This document shows positions 48,201-60,500 of a stretch of DNA of 64,000 nucleotides, piece by piece. The notes under the pieces were generated by a model that saw nothing but the letters and a program-made list of their open reading frames with translations, searched no databases and was not told the DNA's origin. Source of the DNA: Selaginella moellendorffii (taxonomy: Eukaryota; Plantae; Lycopodiophyta); contig NW_003314284.1 of assembly GCF_000143415.4 (NCBI RefSeq), positions 1,970,880 through 2,034,879 on the forward strand, in the 5' to 3' direction. The stretch's first letter is position 1; each line of letters begins with the position of its first letter. The translations under genes and the position numbers were made by a program.

Positions 48201-48804
48201 TTTGAGAGGTTCTGTTTTATCTAGTCATCCATTTTTCCACGTCTGAGAACAGGTCTGACACAACCGGTACATGCCTCTGGCCATCCTCGAACCACACCAT
48301 CACCAACTTCAAACTTCAAACAAAACTCTAGATACATGCAACATCATCGTGATACCCTTGCTTCAAGCGAAGGCCTCACCTACATTCCACCTCCTACAAA
48401 GACATTCCACCTGCTTCAAACGAAGGCATCATTTACATAAATTACAGGTCGGATGCCTTGCGTGGCCCTCATGACCTTTATAAAGAGCCTGTAACATAAT
48501 GACTTTGTGACACTCTAAACATTAAGCAAAGCTAAACTTACATGAGCGTGATCAGCATAGTTAAAGCGAGCCAAGAGATCCATGAATAATCCTTTATTTA
48601 TTTAAGGCATGGGATCAAACTTCCAATTAAAAAGATAGCAGTTATTAAAATTTCTAATATTTCATAGCAATAACTATGAAGATTTTAGTTCTTTTTACAT
48701 TTATACTATTTATTAAGTGGTCATTCAACATCAAGCATTTATTCTTCCTTTTTAATTATAACATTTATATCATGTTTAATTCTAAAGAGAGGTATAAATA
48801 AAGT

Positions 48805-50642
48805 GGTGAGGTCCAAGTGTATGGCTACAATACCATATACTAATATTAGCATAGTGGGATTTTGGTAGGGACTAGTTGCTCCTATATATAACTTAGGGTT
48901 TTAGACTAATTAATATGCACATTTTTCTCTTTCTATATTCCATGCACTCACATTGGTAAAGGTGTAAAGAAGCTTTGCTTGTCCCTGAGAAGTGTTAGGA
49001 TTTGGGATTTTGGTTTAAATCTAACTTTTGCATTGTCTAGATCTCCCTTTTTTTATTGTTTTTCTCAATTTTTTCTCTTTTACTCTTTCCTTTTTATTCA
49101 TCTTCATGGTAGAGTAGCAACTTCCTTCTCTTTTGACTCTAGAGCAATAGTTAGTGTAATTGTTTGATGCTATGTAGTTGCAGTTAAACAATTAGACTCA
49201 ATTAATGGCAGCATTCATAGTGCATGGTACAACTCTTCTTCAATGGTTTGAATGTAACCACTCATGAGAATTGAAGTATTTTTCGAATGTTTTCAAACAT
49301 GCATCTAGACGTGTAGACGATTACCACTTCAATGCTGTCCTTTAGAGACACATAAGAAACTCACACAAATGTCAAATATCATCCCAAGAATGATATGTGG
49401 CAATCACCGTGAAGTGATTAAACCGATGGTACACATCATCCCTAGGATTCCCACAAAAGAACTCTAATTGAGGATTTATGTATGCACTTGCTTTAGCCAC
49501 CCTTGACAATGCCCTTTGCTTGGCATAATGTTATGAGATGTCACCTCTTTCATTTCTTTTTCAGCTCCACTTCCTGTGGGAGATTGTCTTATTCCAATTG
49601 AGGTTAATACTACTATTGCTTGAGTTCAAGGAACTTATTTTATAACAAGAAGTTTTTTATTATTTTCTCTATATTAGTTGATATAGGCTTAAGTTTATCT
49701 TTTATTGCTTAGCATATTGCCACACGTTGCTATCTACATTTGTGTCGTGCGGCATAACTAGTTGTCATTTTTACACATATATGTATATGAGATGAGGGAG
49801 ACCTGGTTGTGCATGTAGGCAATCTTGAGCTTGAGTTGTAGTCATTGCGGGTGGTGCCAAGTCAAGCTTTTGACCTCATCCTTGGTATAGATTGGTTGCA
49901 GCACAATCATGCCAAGTGTGATTTTGAGGTTTCTCCCCCTTATTTCATACTTTCTGATATTTCTTCTATTCCTTTCACTTTATACATTTTTATCCCTCTG
50001 CTTTTACCTCTAATTCCATCACTTTTGTTTCCCTTTTACTTCCTTCTAAGTTTCTGTCTTATTTTTTTGCTTTCCTTTTTTGATCGCTTTGACGGTCTTT
50101 GTGTTGTAGTAGTTGACTGACTCATAAAGGAATATGCCAAACTCTTTAAATTTGACCTATCATTTGGGGCTAAAATTGCAACACGTCATCCTATTCGAAC
50201 TGGGGATGTTCGTCCAATCAAGGTTTCTATTTGTTATTGATCACCTAAATAGATCAAGATTTTACATGCAAACGTCAAAGAAATGTTGGAAAAGGGAGTT
50301 ATTCAAAAGTCATGGAGTCCTTGGGCATGTAAACTTCATCTTACAACAAAACTTGATGGGAGTATTCATTTTTGCATTGACTATCGTTTATTAAATGAAG
50401 TAACTATCCCGGATGTATACCCTCTTCCTCACATTGCTGATCTATTGGATCATTTGAGGAGAAGTTATTAGTTCACCAAGTTAGATCTTGCTTTTGGGTA
50501 CTGACAAGTATTGATAGCCAAAGAAGATATTTCTAAGACTGTTTTTTATATGAGTTCATGGTGATGCTGTTTGGTTTGAACAATGCTCTAGAAACTTTTC
50601 AACAAATGATGGATGAAGTTCTTTGCAATATGCCAGAAGTAA
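48805..50642 (+). mobile_element. Degenerate 5' part of the same gypsy family as 24779-29788
   Basis: LTR ending CATGCACTCACA at ~48952, then TTGGT. Decayed gag, protease (AFDLILGIDWLQHNHAKC) and RT (MLEKGVIQKS...IPDVYPLP). Cut by LTR-A at 50643. Confidence 0.85.
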
Positions 50643-53600
50643 TGTTAAGCGACTAAATTTTCTATTCTACTTTAGTCACTTAACCATACTTCCAACCACA
50701 TGGAAGAATCCCATAAGTCTTATTCCAGACTTAGGGACTTGCTAGCCCTAAAAATGGTATCTATGCCACTCAACCTTTCACTTGGTCCAAGTGCACCACA
50801 TGTCTGATCTCAACACTAATGTAAGTGATTAAATTTTCCATTTTACTTTAGTCACTTAACCACACCTCTGACCATTTGGAGGAGTCTCACTCATAACCTC
50901 TGTAAATCTTATTTTGGACTTGGGGACTTATTAGCCCCGAGAATGGCATCTATGCCACTTAACCTTTGCACTTGGTCCAAGTGCTTTACGTGTCTGATCC
51001 CATGATTGACACCTAAAGGTACCATTGACATATTGGCCATTTTGCTAATGCCATGCCTATTAACCTTTGTCATATCGGTGATCCAACACCATTTACATCA
51101 CAATCTCATCTTTCAAAAACTAGGCCATCCGTTCATGAGTGATCATCCGAGATCCACTCCTTAGCATCCTTAAGATGCCCGTAGACATGGGAAAGAGCCT
51201 TCCCAATATCCCTTTTTCAGTCACCACAAGTCTTTTCTCCTCCATAGTCGTTTATCAACACTACCACTAGGTCAAGCCCCATATGCCTGACCACTATGTC
51301 CCACTAACATTTGGGACTTCCTCACCATATGAATGTATCCTTGGTCTTTACACTAGAGGATTGTTCATTTCCCTTTCCATAGTCTAGGACTTTGGGATAT
51401 TATTTCGGAACACTATGGCCCTATGCAAGCCTCATGGGTACTCTCCCCACTTTTTGCCTTTGGTGCCCTAGTTATGTGGCTAGAGCGAGGTTTCGATAAG
51501 TCACGCTTGGTATCCAAGTAGTTAGTGCCACTGACACTAGATTGGGAGCATCAACCATTCGATCTTCCAAGGGAGCTAAAGCCAACTCTTGAACACTTCA
51601 CCAAGTTACCCCATTTGTTTGTTTATATTCATTCTAACCTTGGACTCTTCAGTGGATATATTATCACTCAACATGTGGGTATAACCTTCCTTGGTCACAT
51701 TAACCTTTCCTAGTCAAATGGATTCCATTGGAGTCCAACCCCACCTATACTTTTGGAGCTCACTAAACCCCTTAGGGTCTGGGAGATGATCGGTTTGGGC
51801 TTTCACCCTCGGACTTGGACTCGGACTCGGACTCAGACTTGGGCTCAGTCTTGAACTTGGTCTCGGACTTGGTCTTGGTCTCGGTCTCAGTCTCGGTCTC
51901 TTTCTCGGCTTCGATCTCGGACTCCATCTTGGGTCCATCTCAGACTCCATCTCGGGTCCATTTTTGACTCCATCTTGAACTCCATCTTGGGTCCATCTTG
52001 GACTCCATCTTAGATCTATCTCGGGGTCCATTTTGGGTCCATCTCGGACTCTATCTCAGGTCCATCTTAGGTTCCATCTTAGGTCCATCTTGAGTCCATC
52101 TCAGACTCCATTTTATGTCCATTTCGGACTCCATCTCAAATTGCATCTTCGTTCCATCTCAGAGTCCATATTAGACTCCATCTCGGACTTCATCTTGGAC
52201 TCCTCAAACTTGTTCTTAACACTTCCTTATGTCACAATACTTGCCATGTGCCAGTCCTTCTTGTGTCTCTTTTTAGAGATTTATTCACCAATTTCTTCGT
52301 GCTCATCCCTTAAGCACTTCGTTCGGAGTTCTACTCCCACTCTTGACTTTCCAAGTTGAAGCCTTAAGTCCAAATATGTTATGTTTATTAGACTTTCGCT
52401 TCAACCATTACCATATGGCACCCTTTCTGCTCCACTTTGGGGTTTAGGGATTTGTGTCGCACAACTCCACCACCCATAGACGAAGTTTGATATTTTTATC
52501 AAACGATAAACCATTTTATAAAGTAACCTTATAATGGATTACAATTTTCTTTAGCATCAAGCTAATATTCGTTAATGATTTGACATCAGAGGCTCACCAT
52601 GCCTTTCCCCTTCTCTAAGGAGCATAATCTCCCCTACTTAGAGACTTATTAGACCACTTGTGGTGGTTTTCTCCCTTTATTTGGTTTAGTTCTTGTTAAA
52701 CCCATTAGAAATGTTTTTTTTTATCTTAATCCAACTACTCATTCCCAAGTAGTCTTAGCTTCTATCAATAAAACCATCACACTTTGGAATTTTTAATTTT
52801 GACTTCTCAAAGTCAATTTCTTGGGTGTTATAAACAACCAAAGGGAATAACTCAAAAGACAATCCATAGGGGTTCAAATATAAAGAGGAAAGGCCCATGA
52901 ATAAGAGTGCACTTTTTTTTCCAATCGGTTAAGGGTTTTGGGATATTTGGGGTTAAGCATCCTTGGGTTTGAATAGTATTGGGCTGGATGACCTCCTAGA
53001 AAGTCCAAATTCAGGAGTTTATAGGTGTTTTAAACACCTTACATTGCGCATGTTATGCAAACTTTAGTTCCCCATCCTAGGAAGTTTTCTACTTGAAGGC
53101 ATCATCCTCTTCTTTTCTATTTCATACCACACTTAACACTAAATTCCATTTATCCATGATTCATGCTAGAGTTATTCATGTTCATATCATTTGTCTACTT
53201 TATCGCTCCATCTCTTTTGGAGCTTTTACCTTTGCTAAATTGGAGCATTTGAGAATCCATTTTTGGAAATATATTTCCTTTTTCACAAGCTGTTAGCATT
53301 TAACACATGATTGTTCTTCACTTAGCATTGCCATTTGGATTTTTTTTAATGATTTTTATGGCCCATTCTTGGCCATTAATCTTTTGTTATTATCCTTTGA
53401 CCGTTACACCAAGCAACATAAAATCACTATATCCATCCTTGAGGTATTTTTTTGGTTTTATAACAAAAGTTCTACTTTGCCAAGTCCAAAGGGTGTTTAC
53501 CCTTAGTAAGTTTTCCTAATATTTTTCTACTATAGCCTCTATCCATGTACTAACATTTCAAACAATTTATGGGTCTTTCTTTAAAGATTGTTTTATTGAA

Positions 53601-55640
53601 TTCACAATACCATTGGATTGTGGCAGTTCATTTCCCTTAGATGGCCTTTCCACTTGGTCACCTTGACCAAGCAACACCATTCTCAATAATTCAAATTAAC
53701 ATTTTGAACTAGGAACTTTATTCCTTAACTTCACAAGGACTTTATCCTAGCTTAACCATAAGATCATTTAGTGATCTAACTTTGATACCTTAACAGGTTG
53801 ACTAATAAATAGTAGATCTTCCAAACTTTTAAATTGTTGATCATGACTCTGGGGGGATGGTGGCACACTCAAGATAGCCCTTTTAGCCAAGGGTCTATAG
53901 CAAATGATGTTGGGTGTCCCCATCTCATTCATTACATCCTTAATGCCACTTGCATTAAAGTGTTCAAGTTAAATATGCCAAACTTTCACACTAAGCAATC
54001 TAACTGTGCATCACAACTTTGGGGCATCCTTCGCTTGGCAGTGTGCCTAAGCTAGTCTCCTCATTGAGAGTCCATGACCACTGAAAAATTAATGTCCTCA
54101 TATTCCAAACTATCACCATGCTTTAGTGAGTTGGGACTCGAACCTAAACACTAAAGAGTTGGGACTTGAACCCAACCTTCGCAGATGCATCTATAGGCGG
54201 CATCACCACAGATGCCAAGTGTGACTCCCCACGCTAGTGTGTCAATTTATACCTAAAGTGCGCTACAAATCATAGCTTAAGAACCTAGTTCCTCCAAACT
54301 TTCAAGTCCTCTCACTTAACAAGTTTGTGATCATGCATGGACTCTTCCATACTTGGCCCCATGGGCCACCCCTTTCTAAGTCAGCACCTTTAACTAGGGT
54401 TTTTGTTCCTCCAACTTGCCAATCTCGCTTATCATGTCATCTGACTAGCGTAACATGGTTCAATGCATAAGTATGAAAGTCCTTAACTATCAACTTTCAT
54501 TCAAAGCCATCTCTTTAAACACTTGGGAAAAACTTCCCCATCCTTGATAGCCTCGCCTCATAGTAAGCTTTATGACCATGTGTCTTCTGCGCCACTTAGA
54601 TTTCACATGTTCTATGAACCATTTATATTTGTTTTTCTAGGTACTAACTTGCCTAGAATTGTCTTTGGGAACCTTGAAGGAACTTTATACCTTACTTTGC
54701 TAATGCTTCTCCTTTCACAAGCCTTTTAATTGCTATATGGTCTAATATAGACAATTTTATACTTTAGACTTTCTATGGTATTACAGTTGTTAATAACAAC
54801 ATATTTGAGCACCCACTTGATTCTTCACTCCTAACATGCATAATTACCCTTAGCTATATCCTTCACTTTTTATGGTTTGGTTTTATCCTTTTACTACTTA
54901 TTTTTTGGCATTACATGTTTCCTTTAGTCATTCTCTTCCAAGTTGGGAGAATAGCTTTATATTTTCTACCATGCCTTAGCAAGTATTCTTAAGGATGAAT
55001 CTACCCGATAGTTTAGGAAGTGGTTCCTCAATCTAAATATGCTCACCTTGTAATCTTATACATTAGGATAAATGTTGTTATTTATGGGCCTTTATATACC
55101 CATCACTAGCCTTGCCAAAATCTCTTTTGGCTTTATTCAATTTAGATAGATGGACTTCTTTTATCTTCGCTAGCTTGGATATTGAATAACACTTTTTATC
55201 CATTATTTGCTAGGGACTTAGTCCCTTAGGCCTTATCTAATGCTCTCATGATACAAAACACCACTTATTTTAGGGTGTTTTAGAGTGTTTAAATATCCCA
55301 ATGATGGCATTTTTTGACAATGAGCATTTCCCTTTATAACATTGACTTACTATATCATAACATAAGTAATTTATCCTTATGAAGGATATATTTAACCTCT
55401 TTATTTTAATAAGAAGTCTTGGGTAGTTAACTTCTACCAATCTAATCAATTATATTGCACCTTTTGCTTAATTATTTCATATTTATCAAGTCTTACAACT
55501 CATTGCTAGTGCTTCTACACCTCAATCATTATTTTGGTCACCACATTCTAACCATATGCATTCCACCTTAGGCTATACCATTTCTATTTTCATTGGGATT
55601 CCTTTGGTAAGGGGTTCTCATGAACCCACTAATTTGACCT
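50643..55640 (-). mobile_element. Degenerate family-A element (partial LTR 50643-50819, LTR 50820-52463, internal 52464-55640)
   Basis: Collinear with 6563-10817 but strongly AT-shifted. Confidence 0.82.
52829..53023 (+). mobile_element. Solo LTR of TRIM family C
   Basis: TATAAAC...GTTTATA termini, homology to 4198-4377, and TSD GGTGT on both sides. Confidence 0.8.
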
Positions 55641-55644
55641 TAAT

Positions 55645-56180
55645 TGTAACGCACATAGTTTTTACCCTTTCTCCTATGGTAATTTAGCATAGGATAACCA
55701 CAGAAGCAGAACCTAAACCCTTCATGTACCACATGTCACGTACTATATGCCACATGCCATGTGTCCAAAGGACAATAGTGTGGAACCCAAGTTTTAGGGC
55801 CTTGGGCCATTGAACGAAGGAACAGTGCCAAACTCCCAAGCATGGAGCCAAGGAACTATAACACTGGGGCATAGAATGACTCTTGAGCATATAGCTTAAG
55901 GAGTGAAGGAACAAAAGCCTGAAGCAACTTGGAACAGTCCTAGAGCAACTAGCATCCCAATGCTAGGACTAACACGCAAAATGGAACTAAACGGAGTTTG
56001 GCACTATTTCGGCATACTAGTGGTCTAATGCAAGGATATGGGTACTCCACTAGCTAACATAGTATGGAGCTCAAGCTTAGACTCAAGTTGGACGCAGAAC
56101 AAGAACAAGCACATAAACGGGATTTAGATTATGTTTCAGGTTGGTTGGCTATGCTCTACCTACCCACTATCCCTACTATA
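55645..56180. mobile_element. Probable solo LTR of a third family
   Basis: TGTAAC start. Ends CCACTATCCCTACTATA, like 14624-14640. Pieces also at ~5390-5480 and ~15095-15330 (inverted). No clear TSD. Confidence 0.45.
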
Positions 56181-57501
56181 ATGATGTGACTAGTCGATAG
56201 TAGTTACCCCATAACTAAAGATTTCACTATGCACACGAAGTGCCGAAGCTAGTTTGGCTATATTGGCCCAAACTCAAAGATCAATAGATAGACAATATCA
56301 AAGTCAGAGACAATGATATCTTAGAGTCGTAAATATCAGTGAATAAATCTTATATTAGAACACAAAAGTATTCTAAGTAAGTTATCATTCGATAAACCAG
56401 TAGTATAGTAGATAGGAACCACCAAAATCAGTATGTTTGGAAACATAGAATCCACTATCCAACAAAATTCAATAGCAAGTATATCATCAATCATTTGATA
56501 AACCAGTAGTATAGTAGATAGGAACTACCAAGATTAGCATGTTTGGAAACATAAGATGCACTATCCAACAAAATTCAATAACAAGTATATCATCAATAAC
56601 ACTTGATGATAAAACTTAACTATTAAAGAATTGACTAGCAAGCAAAATGCTTGCAAATGTATCACTCGAAGGAAATAACATTTTAATCTATCAAAATAAC
56701 TCAAGCAACAATCAATAGAATAGAATGAATGCGGTAAGACCAACAAACACTTGTTTATGCCAACTATCGCACTAATATCCTGCTCAATAATACCAAGGAA
56801 CTAGAGTTGCTTAAGCAAGTGTCAGCATCATCCTATCGATGTCTCAAACCCAAGAGACTAATCCAAAGCAAACCACAAAGAATATATAGTAATACAAAAA
56901 GCCAAAAGCCATCAAAAAGAATAACTAACTATCATGAAAGATCATTAATCATCCCATCAATGAAGAAATGCATAATCATCGTTAATGAAAGAATCTACCA
57001 TCCCAAAGAATGGCAAATCATTCTACATCAACAATAATCAAGCAAATGTTTTTGACAAGAATAATTAACTATCCTAGATGATAGTTAATAACCACCAATG
57101 ATTGCTAGATACAAAAGTTAACTTCAACATTGAAGCTAACAAACCAAAATGCCTTCCCTAACAACTGCTAACAAATAGAACAATAAGCATAAAAACTCAA
57201 AGAACCAAAAGCTTGAAGAAGTCTACAGCCAAGTCTTCTATGATAATGATTATGCTTCTTGCATGAACTAACTTCAATGCTAAAAAAGAAATCATGGCAT
57301 AACCCTCAATATTCTCCTCAACACATCCATAACCTAAACTTCAAATTGTTAAACTAAGGTAATTCTTAGTTGGTATTATTGAGCAGGATATTAGTGCGAT
57401 AGTTGGCATAAACAAGTGTTTGTTGGTCTTACCGCATTCATTCTATATAAGTACAAGTATAAATTCTTAGTTGTTCTTGTTCTTACCAATTCTTAGTTGT
57501 T

Positions 57502-60500
57502 CTAAGCGCTAGTGGACACCTCCTTTTTGGTACTCTCAGCGGTACTATCATCCTTCTCCGGGTCAGTTGTTTTGCTTTGGATTGTTGTCTCTGACGTTAC
57601 TGGGGCGTTCTTGATAGTTGTTAATGTTGCCGTTTGTTCAGAAAAATGATCACCTGGAGTATAGTACGGGGAGTTTGGAAGACTTATATATTCTACATCT
57701 TCACCTATCTCCTTCTCCGTCTCCTTTTCTGCCTCACTTATAGATTTTGTGCTTGCCATGAGAACGCTCTTCACCCTAAAATATGGAGTTCGTTGTGTTA
57801 TAAAAGGAAACCAACACACACGCTGCAAGGGAATGATGGTACATAAAGCACGTAAGCCCACAATATGGGTTTATGTGCCATTAATATGGGCCACACGCCT
57901 TATTATTAGATTTATGTACGTGTGATTGGTAAATGCATATGTCACATCATCTTTGTTTTACCTCACACACTATATCAGGCCTAATGAACCATATCACATG
58001 TGCGCACATGCTATATATATGGAGAAGTATTATGCAAGGATAGAAATTCAATGCATGATTGTGGAGAGCAATGGCATGAAGCCACATGCTAAATAACATT
58101 TTAGAGAAAGAATTAAAATAAAAACATGCAAACAGTACTAAGTGGACCAAGACTTAGAAGTGCACAATTGAATGAGGTATTTCTAATAAATACTTCACTC
58201 ACCTCATATAGGAATGGCTACCACTCTCAAATGGCGTATCGCCTCATGCCATCACCTCGCAATTTGTTATAACAATCCGATGAATTCATATTCGGCTTGT
58301 TCACCTTGAACTTTAAGTAAGATTTGCTAGAACAACTAAGAATTTATACTTGTTATTTGTATCATCTCACCTAGGAATGGCGTAAGGCATGCCATCACGC
58401 CTCCTCTGATTCAGATTCGGATTGTTCACCTTGAAATAAAATACATTAGAAACTTAGTAAAGGAATATTAATGAATCTCACCTTGAACCCGGGTTATGAA
58501 TGCTCTTGCTGCATCTCTTGCATGGTCTGGCAAGGTGATGGTGGCACTCTGCTTCCGCATCCAACCATGCACAACATTATCCACCGATATGCTCATGCTG
58601 GGATCCCTTGGATTCAGCACCCATCTCTTTTCTAGGCAATTGTTCGTATATCCGGAACTTGGCTTGAACCACTCCACAGTTACATTGAAGGAGTTAGTTT
58701 CCGCGTCCTCCTCTGCATCAGTGATGCAGCGCCCCACCCATATCATTTGTTTTTTATTACTGGGTCTGACAAGCACGACCATTCCTTTGCAGACCTGTAC
58801 TGGATTGAATGCTGAATCCGGCTTCTTGTTCCTCGGCCCACAATAGTGATCCTCAACATCATTATCTGTCACTGCATTTCCAGAGGACATTGTTCCGCTA
58901 CTATCTGGTGCTCTGGGTTCTGGCCAAAAGGACTCTTCCAATTCTTCATATACAACCGGCCCATTTTGGATAGTAGATATAATCTTCTCCCAGTATTCGA
59001 GCAAAGGCTTGCACCTTTGAAAATAGGATTCTCCACCAAACACCAACCCCCTCTTCCAGAAGGCAATATGCTGTCTAATCCCGGCCACTATACTTTCCTG
59101 GTCTTTGAGTCCATCCGGGTGCATCGGCCGTGGGGAACCCTGAGGAATTATAGGTTCCCCAGTTATGGGATCTCTCTTGAAGAGTTCAATGCCGTCCACT
59201 GGCAGCCACACTGTGTCCCATTCTCTCATCTTGTACCTCATCACTGGAGCACCGTCACACATGCTGAAATGAAACTGAAGAGGCTTGGAGTGGCCAATCA
59301 GCGTTTCGGATCCGTCCCTGATGTAGCCTCTTACAAACCCCTTAAAGTCTGGAACCTCTGTCAGAAGTGCAGCTTCAACAGTGCCTTTGATGCAATTTTG
59401 GAATTCATCGTAGAGTTGTGGGAGGGTGAGGACATTGGATTGCCGGAGGGACTCTGCCAGGTGACTGAACATGGCATCGATGTCTTCATGAGTGTGCCCA
59501 ACCATGAGAAAGCCAAGTGTAACCGTTTCAAATATGCCTTTGGCAACAAGCATCGCCAAGTACGCGAAGACGTACATGTTTTTGTTCTCACTGCCAGCAT
59601 TGTCTGTTTGGAGCAGAAGATGGGGTGGAAGGCCACATCGGCCGCAAGAACTTCCTTGAGATTCTGCTTCGTTTGGATGAGGCTGTGCATTCACCGGGCG
59701 ACCAGCCTCGTCGAAATGGCATGAGGCCTCACGTGATAACCCTACAATCTGACAGCCAACATATTCACTGGGATGGCATGGGGCCCCACGCGATACTGCA
59801 AGCCTTTGCTCCTCCTCCAGCTGAACCCTGTATGGGGTTCGATCGACAAGGGCCTTATGCAAGGGTTGGCCGTTCAGCTCAGTCTGCGCACTTTGTAGAG
59901 ACCTTAAGTGTTTTGCTAGGGACGCAATCATCATGTTTGCAGCCCCGCCACCCCATAGAGGTACAAAGAAGTTCCCATAGTTCTAGGCACCATGCCCATG
60001 AGCGATTATGCCAAACAGAGACACAGGCAGCTGCATGGATGAAGAGATTGCCTTGGGGGCAGGATTGAGTCGAGGTAAGCACGTCTTTTTCTGGTCCATT
60101 TTGTCGTGGATGATGCAGAGGTAAGAGTCAGGTCTCTCCATGGAGAGAATCCTGTTATGATAATATGCAGTCCTGCAGCTTCTCTGCTCGATGTTGTGAT
60201 CGAGCCGCCTTCTAACCAACGTCTCTCGCTCTTGAGCGTTGCAAGAATTCTTCGACAAAGCCATTTTGATAGCAGTGCACTCATCACACTTTGAAAAGCT
60301 GGAGTACTTTCCTATACTCACATCCCTGAACCTGTTGCTCCACAATCTACTAAATCTAGATTGGCTCAGCTTCCTGTAGCCATTACTCTGGAGTTCCCGA
60401 TTCACATCTTCCAATATGGCCCCCTTGGTATACATGGAAGGGAGAACTCGTTGGGTGTCTCGTGTTCCATCTTCCAAGAGGCGGGTTTTATGTGGTTGCT

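Noticed and set aside
58846-59724. 292-aa plus-strand ORF, and 202-aa ORF at 37357-37965
   Set aside because: Antisense shadows of the transposase and cargo genes, with no motifs.
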